A stretch of DNA of 64,000 nt from Nitrosopumilaceae archaeon. GTDB lineage: Archaea; Thermoproteota; Nitrososphaeria; Nitrososphaerales; Nitrosopumilaceae. Location of the stretch: positions 864,001 through 928,000 of the forward strand of contig OZ242376.1 of assembly GCA_965209085.1 (NCBI GenBank), read 5' to 3'. Positions 53,079 to 62,619 of the stretch are shown piece by piece. The notes beneath the pieces are model-generated. The model saw only the letters and a program-made list of their open reading frames with translations, did no database searches and was not told the origin of the DNA. Both the position numbers and the translations under genes were made by a program. Position 1 is the stretch's first letter, and each line of letters starts with the position of its first letter.

Positions 53079-53303
53079 TCAATCAGAATGAACCTCTACC
53101 ATTGTTTCAGTACGTTCAACACCCACCATTTTTTGTATTTTTGTGGCAACATCCTTTATTTTGAAGAGATCGTCAACTTCGATTCGAACTACTGCGTCAA
53201 ATTGACCGCTTACAGGAAATGATTCAAAAATTTGATCAATTTTGCCAAGTTTTGCGGCAATTAACTTTTTTGACGATTTTACTAAAATTATGGCCCTTAC
53301 CAT
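53079..53303 (-). CDS. Stand-alone Lrp/AsnC ligand-binding (RAM) domain
   Basis: RAIILV...VSGQFDAVV...GVERTET. Confidence 0.85.
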   Translation of the reverse strand: MVRAIILVKSSKKLIAAKLGKIDQIFESFPVSGQFDAVVRIEVDDLFKIKDVATKIQKMVGVERTETMVEVHSD

Positions 53304-53536
53304 CCCAAATCTACCTCTATCTCTGTAAGAGTTTCTGTCGATGAAATATCTTTTATTTTTTTGTAATCGATAACTGCCCCATTTATCTCATTTAGCGTTC
53401 CTTTGAGAAATATGCAGATGTCTGCCCTGCCGGTTACAATTGTAACATTTTTTTCCGCCTTGCGTTTCTTTTTTATCATCGCTACAGTTGAATCAACTTT
53501 GCCGGGTTTTGTTGTAACAAGACAAATAGCTCTCAT
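53297..53536 (-). CDS. Stand-alone Lrp/AsnC ligand-binding (RAM) domain
   Basis: RAICLVTTKPGK...VTGRADI...ISSTET. Confidence 0.82.
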   Translation of the reverse strand: MRAICLVTTKPGKVDSTVAMIKKKRKAEKNVTIVTGRADICIFLKGTLNEINGAVIDYKKIKDISSTETLTEIEVDLGW

Positions 53537-53699
53537 ACGTTGTATAATGTCTCCTTACAAATAAAACTTTTGCCCTTATCTGGTCATATTATCCCCATTC
53601 TAAATTAATGTCAAATTTTGCACAATATTGGACAATATTTAAGATATTTTCTCGAATACAGTTTACACATTATTGGACATTAGACCTTATGCATAATTA

Positions 53700-55136
53700 T
53701 AGGTCATATCACAACCTGCCTAATTCTGACATTTTGACTAAAACGATATTAAAATATCCAAGTTGGCGACAATTTTGATTCCATAGATTTAGATCATCCC
53801 ACAAAGTGGACGAATTATGAGAAACACCCACGGAGATGATCCACTATGAGTAGAAAGCACTGTGTAATAAAAATATCGAATGCAGAAACCAAAGAGGCGG
53901 ATAAAAAAAGAATTGCCGAGAAAAACCTGAAAAGCCGTGCTGCATCCATGCTGTTTGGCCATCTGAGCCAGTTTGCAGTCCCAAAAGAATACAAAAAAGA
54001 ACTCAAATGCATGAACAAATGTAAGAACGGCAGACGTTACATGTATCCGGACAAGCTTTTTTGGGTATTATCGGTAATCCAAGCGTGCACAAGTTACTCA
54101 AGCTGCACTATTGAAGGGATGGTTAGAAAAGTAATGGATGATGCATCTCCATCTAGCAGTACGATATACAAACGCATACAGAGATTGGACATTTCTGATA
54201 ACGGATTGGAAAAGATGGCCCGCATGTGTGGTCTCTTTAAAAACACTTGATCCGACAAGGCGCATGAACGGACAGCCTACGATGCTCATCTCTATTGATT
54301 CAAGCGGACTGAAACTATCAAAACTTGGATCATGGATAAAAGAAAAATGGGGCATATCAAGTCCGTTTCTAAAACTGCATCTTGTCATAAACGTAGAAAC
54401 GCTTGAAATACTCGATTTTAAGATAACAAAAAGCAACAAGGGGGATGCATCACAGTTTCCACAGATGATAAGAAAGGCACGCAAAAAGATCAGATGGCAG
54501 CTTGCGCACATGATATCTGAGATGGATTCAACTGAAGAGACTGCCAAATACAAAAACACAATGATGAAAATTCTTGGCGATGGGGCATACGGTACAAAAG
54601 AAAATTACAACGTGTGTGACAAACTTTGCATGTCTGGTCTGTTAAAGGTGCGTATCAATTCAGCACTGTCAGGCGGCAGTCATGAACGCAATACGGCGGT
54701 GCGAGATCAGCTTGGAGGAGATGCAAGCAAGCGTACAATGGATGATGTTTCAATACAAAAACGAAAGGAAAATCTGAAAAAATGGAAAAAAGATATAGAG
54801 TATGGAAAAAGATGGCACTCTGAAATTGTTTTTGCAATATTCAAAGAAAGGTTTGGAGAACATGTACGATCAAGACATATGAAAAACATAAAGCAAGAAA
54901 TTGGCATGAAAATCCTAGTGTACAATTTGTTAATATGTGCCGTACACTGACACAAACTGCAATAAGCCTAGCGGACGCTGTATGCAGATGTGTGAATTTT
55001 GGAAGATTTTTGTGTAAAATTACGGTTTGATAACAAATGGGTCCGGATATCGATGACAGATGTGTGTTTTTGAAATATTTACTGTCATTTTGGATGGAAT
55101 TTCCAATAGAATTTTCAATAGTTGTGACATGACCTA
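53700..55136 (+). mobile_element. IS-B, complete IS5-family (IS903-like) element, 1437 bp
   Basis: 16-bp TIR TAGGTCATATCACAAC / GTTGTGACATGACCTA (1 mismatch); 8-bp TSD CATAATTA at 53692-53699 and 55137-55144. Confidence 0.9.
53846..54950 (+). pseudogene. IS-B transposase in two overlapping frames
   Basis: ORF1 (GRRYMYPD, PSSSTIYKR) and ORF2 (IDSSGLK...W, KLHL, GDGAY, YGKRWHSEIVFAIFKERFG). One extra base in CTCTTTAAAAACAC near 54240 separates them. Confidence 0.8.
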
Positions 55137-55159
55137 CATAATTAACCAAAAAATCAATT

Positions 55160-56314
55160 TTGACAAATCGAAAGATCTATGATCTAGTATCACATTCGTA
55201 CAGCATGTGTGCCCCAGACAAGCGTATAATCGCCCAGCAAACAGAGATGATCTCCAAGCTTGAAGCAGAAATTCAACACTACAAAAAAACGATACATGAT
55301 AATGAGGTCGAAAAGCAACAATCTGCCTACGAATATTTGAACCACATAATTGATGATGACAATTATTTGTACGGGACGACTGGAATGAACCGTGAAGAGT
55401 TTGAATGGATTCTAGAACGGTTCGAAAAAGTTATCGAATATTCGCCCAAGGCCCCCCGCTTTTCAGATTATGTCGACGATCCTGGAAACACCTGTATTCT
55501 CACTGCATCTCAAATTTTGTTTGTCACACTGTGCCGCAAACGCAACAATCCTAAACAGGAATTGCTTGCGGCCATTGCAGGCGTTGATCAGAGCACCATC
55601 AGCAGATATCTGACCTTTTCTGATGAATTGTTGATGAATATTCTTCCAACGGCTAAGAATATTGGTGCTGCAATACGGACAATACGTACAAGCGAGTTGT
55701 TTAAAAAATTCGTACCCGGCAGAGGCGGCGGCGAGCTGTATCTTGATGCCACGTTTGTACAGGTTCAAAGACCGCAGGAAAACCAAGAGGTAGTATACTC
55801 TGGAAAGCGTAAGAGGCACGTCTACAACGTACAGATAACCTCAAACAAAGACGGGTTGGTACTTGACATTGGCGGACCTGAAGATGGCTCAATACATGAC
55901 ATGGATGTACTGCGGCGTAATCCGCCAAATTTTGGCAAATGGACCGATGGCATGAAAAACTCTGATACAAAAAAAGAGCGCCAAATTATGCTATATACTG
56001 ACAAGGGATATCTGTCCGTGGAAAAAGACTATCGGGGCATTATCTCAAAGCAGCCGTACAAAAAACCAAAGGGTAAGGGGCTGACAGAGACGGAACGAGA
56101 ATACAGCAAGAGAATCAGTCGTAAGCGCATAAAAGTAGAGCATGCCATAAACTGGCTCAAATGGTTCCGCAGAATGAGTGCCGTATATGATGATACAATG
56201 GATGCGTTTTATACAGAAATCCAAGTGGTTACAGGACTGACCAATCTGCACATCATGTTAAAGGATCGCAAGTATATCGAACCGTTGGAAAAAGTTTGCG
56301 CTCAAATCAAGTAG
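55160..56314 (+). CDS. IS-A transposase, intact (HTH + DDE_Tnp_4-like)
   Basis: GVDQSTISRY HTH, LDAT, YSGKRKRH, HD, DKGY, RIKVEHAI. Start may be ATG at 55205. Confidence 0.9.
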   Translation: MTNRKIYDLVSHSYSMCAPDKRIIAQQTEMISKLEAEIQHYKKTIHDNEVEKQQSAYEYLNHIIDDDNYLYGTTGMNREEFEWILERFEKVIEYSPKAPRFSDYVDDPGNTCILTASQILFVTLCRKRNNPKQELLAAIAGVDQSTISRYLTFSDELLMNILPTAKNIGAAIRTIRTSELFKKFVPGRGGGELYLDATFVQVQRPQENQEVVYSGKRKRHVYNVQITSNKDGLVLDIGGPEDGSIHDMDVLRRNPPNFGKWTDGMKNSDTKKERQIMLYTDKGYLSVEKDYRGIISKQPYKKPKGKGLTETEREYSKRISRKRIKVEHAINWLKWFRRMSAVYDDTMDAFYTEIQVVTGLTNLHIMLKDRKYIEPLEKVCAQIK

Positions 56315-56514
56315 CACATCTTTGTGCATACAGTCACGCATAATATTCTGCTTTTTGTCATGCATATGATATTTTGATTTATTTTGTTGTCTGCTTGAAG
56401 GTTTTAGGCCATGTGTACTTTGATCATGACAGCGTCATAGTCGGAATCGTATGTCTCAGGGATTGATTATGCATAAACTCTATTATCATAAAAAAATAAC
56501 GTATGTGTTGATGT

Positions 56515-56820
56515 TTATTCTGACGCGTCTTGTGATCGATGCTCTTCCAAATATGCTTTCCGCATTTCGTTATCCTGCGTCTTGTCAAATATAATGTCAT
56601 CTTCCACTATAACAATACATCCATCTGAAGGAAGATTGTCAGTTGATGGTTTTTTCTTGGAAGGTTTTTTCACGTTTGATTTTTTGATCGGTTTTTTGAC
56701 TGCGGATGTTTTCTTTCCTACAGTTTTTTGTACCGTTTTCTTTTCTACCGTTTTCCCCCCTATGGGTTTTCCACCAACAGGTTTCTTTTCCACTGTTTTT
56801 TTCTTTTGATCCATAGCCAT
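56515..56820 (-). CDS. Lysine-rich pentapeptide-repeat protein with an acidic C-terminus
   Basis: KKTVE KKPVG GKPIG GKTVE KKTVQ ... KKPS, then EDDIIFDKTQDNEMRKAYLEEHRSQDASE. Confidence 0.75.
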   Translation of the reverse strand: MAMDQKKKTVEKKPVGGKPIGGKTVEKKTVQKTVGKKTSAVKKPIKKSNVKKPSKKKPSTDNLPSDGCIVIVEDDIIFDKTQDNEMRKAYLEEHRSQDASE

Positions 56821-56994
56821 AAATCGTTAAAACACACAAAACCGTATAAATAAAGATTTTGTAGTGAAAAATTCTTGCAAAATATGGAGTTGATCGATAC
56901 AATAATCCCGCACGTTTGGGCATTTTAGGCGTATTTTATGCCTATAAAAGAAGGATTTAGCACAAGTCAAATATGACATGATATTTGTTACCAT

Positions 56995-58209
56995 GTGATA
57001 CTGACTTTTGATGACGTGATAAAGGCACAAAAGATCCTAAAAGATAATGCGGATATTCGAAAAACTCAGCTCGTATTTTCGCCCATATTCAGCAAATTAA
57101 CGGGATCTAAAGTTTACCTAAAACAGGAATTTCAGCAAAAAACTGGATCGTTTAAAATCCGCGGGGCATATTATAAAATAAAATCACTCTCCGATGATGA
57201 AAGGAAAAAAGGCGTAGTTGCAGCATCAGCTGGAAACCATGGTCAAGGCGTAGCATTTGCAGCATCTGCTGAAAACATACCGTGTACGATTGTAATGCCC
57301 AAAGCGGCATCACCTGCAAAAGTTTCAGCTACGAAAGGATACGGGGCAACTGTAATTCTAGATGGCTACAGTTATGATGATGCATGGAATACTGCAAAAA
57401 AAATAGCATTAGAAACTGGTGCCACCATAATACATGCATTTGATGATCCCCAAATTATGGCAGCCCAGGGAGTAATTGGACTTGAAATCATGGATGATTT
57501 GCACGACGTACAGGAAATTTATGTTCCAATAGGTGGTGGAGGTTTGGCAGCTGGCATACTTGTTGCAGTAAAAGAAAAAAATCCAAATGTCCGTATAATC
57601 GGAGTTCAATCCGAATCGTATCCGGCAATGAAAAAATCACTGGAATCATCATCGCTGCAGACACATGTTGGAAAAAGAACAATAGCGGACGGTGTAGCTG
57701 TAAGCAAACCTGGGGAGAAAACGTATCAAATCATAAGGGAACTGATTGATGAAATTGTCACCGTAAATGATGAACAGATTGTAAAGACAATGTTTCTTCT
57801 TATGGAGAGGGCAAAATCTGTTGTGGAACCGGCAGGAGCGATAAGTTTGGCATATCCTCTTGCGGTAAAACCATCCCCTGGGAAAAAAATTGTATGTGTA
57901 CTTGCGGGTGGAAATGTGGACATGTATTTGCTTGGACAAATAGTGGACAAAGGCCTGGTTCACATGGGACGCCTGATTAGAATAACAGTCTTACTTCCAG
58001 ATAGACCCGGTGCGTTTAAAGACGTAGTTGATGCAATAACGTACTCGAGTGCAAACATTGTCGAAGTCGTTCATGATCGATTTAGCTCCAAAATAAATGT
58101 CGGCTCTGCAGGAGTAACGCTTAGTCTTGAAATGCAGGGACCGCATGATGCAAAAAAACTGCTTGAACGGTTAAAATCTAAAGAGATACAGTTTGAGATT
58201 TTGACATAG
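56995..58209 (+). CDS. ilvA: Threonine ammonia-lyase with a C-terminal ACT domain
   Basis: QKTGSFKIRGA (PLP Lys), SAGNH, PIGGGGL, LPDRPG ACT domain. Confidence 0.94.
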   Translation: MILTFDDVIKAQKILKDNADIRKTQLVFSPIFSKLTGSKVYLKQEFQQKTGSFKIRGAYYKIKSLSDDERKKGVVAASAGNHGQGVAFAASAENIPCTIVMPKAASPAKVSATKGYGATVILDGYSYDDAWNTAKKIALETGATIIHAFDDPQIMAAQGVIGLEIMDDLHDVQEIYVPIGGGGLAAGILVAVKEKNPNVRIIGVQSESYPAMKKSLESSSLQTHVGKRTIADGVAVSKPGEKTYQIIRELIDEIVTVNDEQIVKTMFLLMERAKSVVEPAGAISLAYPLAVKPSPGKKIVCVLAGGNVDMYLLGQIVDKGLVHMGRLIRITVLLPDRPGAFKDVVDAITYSSANIVEVVHDRFSSKINVGSAGVTLSLEMQGPHDAKKLLERLKSKEIQFEILT

Positions 58210-58218
58210 GTGTGTAAT

Positions 58219-59346
58219 TTGGCTGTAATTCTTGGCATTATTGGTGGCGGGCAGCTTGGAATGATGCTTGCAGAAGCTGCAAAAAACATGCCAAATGAGA
58301 TATCCAAAGTAGTGGTACTGGATCCCATACGTGGGTGTCCTGCCACACAGACTGGCGCCTCTCAAATAGTGGCTGATTTTGAAAACCGCGACGCAATAAA
58401 AGAACTGGTTGAAAAATCCGACATTATAACATATGAGATAGAATCCGGGAATGCTGATACGTTAGAATCTATTTCTAATATGGCGCAAATAAACCCATCA
58501 CCGTCTACGTTGCGTACTCTACAAGATAAATACATTCAAAAACAATTTTTGAGCAAACATGGCATACCTGTTGGAGAATTTTCACATATTAGTTCAGCGA
58601 ATGATGTATTCACAAAAGCAAAAGAATTTGGTTTTCCTTTTCTGTTAAAGGCAAGACGCGGAGCGTATGATGGACGGGGTAATTATCTTGTAGATTCAGA
58701 ATCGGGTATAAACAAGGCGTACGAATACTTTGCAGGAAAACCAGTATACATTGAACGCTACATAGATTTTGATGCAGAAGTATCTGTTATTGCCGCCAGA
58801 AATACAAAAGGGCAGATAAAATCGTATCCGTTGGTTGAAAATATCCATAAAGATGGAATACTGCGCACCACTATTGCTCCGGCAAGAATGAGTTTGGATG
58901 TTATGCAAAGTGCTGAAAAAATATCACGTGCCGTGATGGAAAATCTTGGCGGTGCGGGGGTATTTGGAATTGAAATGTTTGCAACTTCTGGAAAAATATT
59001 GGTGAATGAAATTGCACCCCGTGTACACAATTCCGGACATCACACATTACAATCTAGCGCAACAACACAGTTTGAACAACATCTTAGAGCAATACTGGGA
59101 TTGGATCTTGGAGACACAAAGCTTTTACATCCGACAGTCATGCACAACATACTTGGCCCTAAATCATTTTCCGGTCAATATACGTACGATAAAATTGTAG
59201 GCGATGGTATACATTTGAAAATGTATGGAAAATCCGAATCCAGACCACTTCGCAAGCTTGGACACGTTAACATAATTAAAACAGACATGCACCCGGATCC
59301 AATTATGCGTGTAAAATCTTGGAATGTGACTGTAAAACCCATCTAG
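58219..59346 (+). CDS. purK: N5-carboxyaminoimidazole ribonucleotide synthase
   Basis: GIIGGGQLGMM, YDGRGN, NEIAPRVHNSGH, QFEQH, YGK...RKLGH. Confidence 0.96.
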   Translation: MAVILGIIGGGQLGMMLAEAAKNMPNEISKVVVLDPIRGCPATQTGASQIVADFENRDAIKELVEKSDIITYEIESGNADTLESISNMAQINPSPSTLRTLQDKYIQKQFLSKHGIPVGEFSHISSANDVFTKAKEFGFPFLLKARRGAYDGRGNYLVDSESGINKAYEYFAGKPVYIERYIDFDAEVSVIAARNTKGQIKSYPLVENIHKDGILRTTIAPARMSLDVMQSAEKISRAVMENLGGAGVFGIEMFATSGKILVNEIAPRVHNSGHHTLQSSATTQFEQHLRAILGLDLGDTKLLHPTVMHNILGPKSFSGQYTYDKIVGDGIHLKMYGKSESRPLRKLGHVNIIKTDMHPDPIMRVKSWNVTVKPI

Positions 59347-59360
59347 TTTTAACGTAATAG

Positions 59361-59437
59361 TGGTGCCAGGGGCGGGACTTGAACGCGCGACAGCTCGGTC
59401 TTCAGCCGAGTGCTCTCCCAGGCTGAGCTACCCTGGC
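59361..59437 (-). tRNA. tRNA-Phe(GAA), with CCA encoded
   Basis: GCCAGGGTAGCTCAGCCTGGGAGAGCACTCGGCT-GAA-GACCGAGCTGTCGCGCGTTCAAGTCCCGCCCCTGGCACCA. Confidence 0.95.
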
Positions 59438-59597
59438 ACTGGAGAAAATTTACGATAGGCAGTTAAAGTATGTTTTGTGTATTTTATGCATACATGATAT
59501 TTCATGTTGCAAATCAAATCCAATGTACAAACGTATGGACATCTTGTATAAAACGCACATCTGATTAATAACGGCTAACGTATAACGTTGGGTAAGA

Positions 59598-60137
59598 ATG
59601 GACAAATTTCTTCGTATGGTTGCAGGTCTTAAAAAAATACCGCGTCAGGGATGGATAGACAAAGCTGGAATATTGAATCCAGAATCCGTGGCTGATCATT
59701 CATACTCAATGGCAGTGATGGCCATGTTGTTTGGAGATACTGCCGGAATTGATGCGTGTAAAATGATTCGAATGTCGCTGTTGCATGATTTAGCAGAGTC
59801 AATAACCGGGGATCTTACGCCAGAAATGGCCACAGTTGGGAACAAACTTGCCATGGAAACGGATGCAATTGAAAAGATAACTAGTACTCTTCCGGAACAT
59901 TTGCGTAAAAAATATCGTGCACTTTGGGACGAATACTCTGCCCAAAAAAGTGCAGAATCCGTGCTTGTGCACGAGGTTGATAAATTGGACATGGCGTTAC
60001 AGGCAAGCATATACGCAAAAGACGGCGCATCATCGTCTAAAAATTTGCAGGTATTCATTGACTCTGCAAAAAAATCTATAACCAACCAAGAAATAAAATC
60101 AATGCTAGAATTGTTTTTGAAAAAAGACCAACACTAA
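59598..60137 (+). CDS. HD-domain 5'-deoxynucleotidase (YfbR/HDDC2-like)
   Basis: LKKIPRQGW, ESVADHS, LHDLAESITGD, DKLD. Confidence 0.9.
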   Translation: MDKFLRMVAGLKKIPRQGWIDKAGILNPESVADHSYSMAVMAMLFGDTAGIDACKMIRMSLLHDLAESITGDLTPEMATVGNKLAMETDAIEKITSTLPEHLRKKYRALWDEYSAQKSAESVLVHEVDKLDMALQASIYAKDGASSSKNLQVFIDSAKKSITNQEIKSMLELFLKKDQH

Positions 60138-60433
60138 TTGCCACATCCGCACGAATCTTCTTTTATTACATGTAAATTGTCGGATTGTTCATGACGGGAT
60201 TGGACATAATTGGCAATGTTTGCAATTCTTGCCCGAATTTTGGCATTTTTCCAGCTTCCTTCGCATTCAAGCCAGGAATTAATCTCATCTACATCATAAT
60301 ATTTGCCACTGCGTACGATTTCAACAAATATGGATTTTACATATTCTGTATTGGCATCATCAAGTATAGATTTGTCGTTGACCATCATGGTCATCTCGTT
60401 TAATTTTTCTATTGTGACATTATCCAAAGGCAT
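60134..60433 (-). CDS. Hypothetical protein
   Basis: Probable start MPLDNVTIEK; ends in SCGCGN. Confidence 0.7.
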   Translation of the reverse strand: MPLDNVTIEKLNEMTMMVNDKSILDDANTEYVKSIFVEIVRSGKYYDVDEINSWLECEGSWKNAKIRARIANIANYVQSRHEQSDNLHVIKEDSCGCGN

Positions 60434-60517
60434 GATGTTGACCCACAGCATGTGAATATAACCTCTTGGCACATCATATGCATAATGATTTTTATAATTA
60501 TCCAAGATTAGTACCAT

Positions 60518-60865
60518 ATGCAGTATTTTAGTGCTTTAAAAGCTGGACAAAAAAGAGTCGCGGTTGCTAGAGAATATTTGAACAAAGTATGCGGCGGCAA
60601 TGCCATGCCCGCATTGGCACTTGCCAATGATACCACAAACGGGTGGATTCCGGTGGGTGAAGAAATGCTGTATGCGGTGGTGGATGAATCCTCAGGTTTT
60701 GTGCTTACAGATTCAAGCGGGTATATTGTTAGTATCGTGGATTCTGCTGGAATCTCAAAGGCATTAATTCAGGGAATCACGCATAAGCAAAAAGAAACCA
60801 TGACCATCGCGTTTGAATCAGATGGCATATTAAAATACAATGGCAAAGTGACACTGCCGGTTTAG
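60518..60865 (+). CDS. Hypothetical protein
   Basis: 115-aa ORF upstream of the TIGR00300-like gene. Confidence 0.75.
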   Translation: MQYFSALKAGQKRVAVAREYLNKVCGGNAMPALALANDTTNGWIPVGEEMLYAVVDESSGFVLTDSSGYIVSIVDSAGISKALIQGITHKQKETMTIAFESDGILKYNGKVTLPV

Positions 60866-60912
60866 CCTTGTAAATGTAAAGATTTACTTATGTGTTGCCG
60901 GATTTTTCACAT

Positions 60913-62139
60913 ATGGCTAGAAAATTCTCACAAGAGATAGAAGTTACAGGGCATTTGGTAGACTCGCTGATCCTCTCCAAAATATTCAACATTATCATAG
61001 ATATTGGAGGCGAATTTGAAGTTTTAGAGATGAATATTGGAAAGAAAAAACATGATAAAAGTTATGCAAGACTGCAGGTTTTGGGGAAAAATAAAAACCA
61101 GTTGAGTAAAATATTGGAACTTGTATACAGGGAAGGTGCCTCATCAAAACTTCAATCCGGCGTAAAACTAAAACCTGCACCAAATAATATGGTATTGCCA
61201 AAGGATTTTTACAGCACAACCAACAATAACACAAAAATATATCTTGATAAAAAATGGATCAACGTACAAAACACAATGATGGACAAATGCATCATCGTTA
61301 AAGACTCAACTGCAGCATGCGTTGCAATACGTGATGTCCGACGCGGAGATCTTATCGTGGTGGGAGAAACAGGAATAAACGTAACATCTCCTGTAAGACC
61401 CCGTGAAGGTACCGACATATTTGAATTCATGGGAAGCGGGGGTTCAAGTGAGAGGCCAACACAACATATTGCAAAAAATCTTGCAAAAGACATTGTAGCC
61501 ATTAAAAAATCAGGCGGTAAAGTGGTGCTAGTTGGAGGTCCTGCAATAGTGCATACAGGTGCTGCTGATGCTGTGGCAGATCTGATAAAACATGGGTATA
61601 TTGGAGCCGTTTTAGCCGGTAATGCGCTTGCAGTTCATGACATAGAATACGCCACAATTGGTACATCGCTTGGTATGAATATAAAAGACGGCACGCTTGC
61701 AGTAAAAGGTCATCGTAACCACATGGACGTTGTAAATGCAGTATTTGCATCCGGTTCCATAAAAAATATGGTAAACAAAGGAAAGCTCAAAAAAGGAATA
61801 ATGTACGAATGCATCAAACGTAAAATTCCTGTTGTTCTAGCCGGTTCCATCAGAGACGACGGACCTCTCCCGGATGTCATAACAGATGTGGTAGAGGCGC
61901 AAAAAATGTATAAAAAAGTACTCAAAGGTGCAAAAATGGTAATGATGGTGTCCACAATGCTTCATTCAATTGCAACTGGAAACATGCTTCCTGCAGACGT
62001 CAAGGTGATTATAGTGGACATAAACCAACCAACTGTGACAAAACTGATGGATCGTGGAACATGGCAAGCTCTTGGCATAGTGACAGATGTGGGGGCATTC
62101 ATGCCGATGCTTGCAGAACAAATTAGAAAAAAGAAATAG
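60913..62139 (+). CDS. TIGR00300-family protein (ornithine cyclodeaminase-like, LOR/SDH conserved domain)
   Basis: GHLVDS, FYSTTN, GGPAIVHTG, GNALAVHDIE, LAGSIRDDGPLP, KLMDRGT. Confidence 0.88.
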   Translation: MARKFSQEIEVTGHLVDSLILSKIFNIIIDIGGEFEVLEMNIGKKKHDKSYARLQVLGKNKNQLSKILELVYREGASSKLQSGVKLKPAPNNMVLPKDFYSTTNNNTKIYLDKKWINVQNTMMDKCIIVKDSTAACVAIRDVRRGDLIVVGETGINVTSPVRPREGTDIFEFMGSGGSSERPTQHIAKNLAKDIVAIKKSGGKVVLVGGPAIVHTGAADAVADLIKHGYIGAVLAGNALAVHDIEYATIGTSLGMNIKDGTLAVKGHRNHMDVVNAVFASGSIKNMVNKGKLKKGIMYECIKRKIPVVLAGSIRDDGPLPDVITDVVEAQKMYKKVLKGAKMVMMVSTMLHSIATGNMLPADVKVIIVDINQPTVTKLMDRGTWQALGIVTDVGAFMPMLAEQIRKKK

Positions 62140-62214
62140 GGTGTAAACTGGTTATGCCGTCTTTGGAAAATTCATCAATGAAGACTTATTAATACAAATT
62201 TGAAATATTGCAAT

Positions 62215-62604
62215 ATGGCTTTAAAGGCTGCAATAATAATGGTATCAATATCAATCGTACTGCTTGCCGTGTACGGTGCCGATGTTGCAGTTTTGTATGC
62301 TAGTGATGACAAAGTCGGATTTTTGCCATTTGATCACATGATCAGGGGAATTGGGTTGGGAATGCCCGCGCTTATTCTTCCGTTTATTTCATTTTTCATT
62401 GCAAGAAAAGATGCATCAAAAATACTTGGAGCGCTCTTGATTGTTTCTGCAATTTTAATCATATCTGGAGGAGTTGTCATTTTAGGCATGGATCCTGAAT
62501 CCTCATCTAACTCTGTGAGAAACCCTGCAATGGAGGCAATACCGCTTATCATACCTGGCATAATCATAGTCGTGCTGGGTGCAATAAAGTTAAAACAATC
62601 ATAA
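62215..62604 (+). CDS. Membrane protein, four predicted TM helices
   Basis: Hydrophobic segments; GFLP...RGIGLG. Confidence 0.75.
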   Translation: MALKAAIIMVSISIVLLAVYGADVAVLYASDDKVGFLPFDHMIRGIGLGMPALILPFISFFIARKDASKILGALLIVSAILIISGGVVILGMDPESSSNSVRNPAMEAIPLIIPGIIIVVLGAIKLKQS

Positions 62605-62619
62605 CTTTAATGCATTCAT

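Larger units (their letters stand above)
53681..56482 (+). mobile_element. IS-A copy 2 carrying IS-B inside its left end
   Basis: Left end TAGACCTTATGCATAATTA (53681-53699); IS-A resumes at 55137; right end ATTATGCATAAACTCTA ending at 56482. Confidence 0.88.

Noticed and set aside
56640-56810. CRISPR-like or non-coding tandem repeat
   Set aside because: The ~15-nt periodicity is explained by the Lys-rich coding repeat. No repeat-spacer array or cas gene was seen anywhere in the window.
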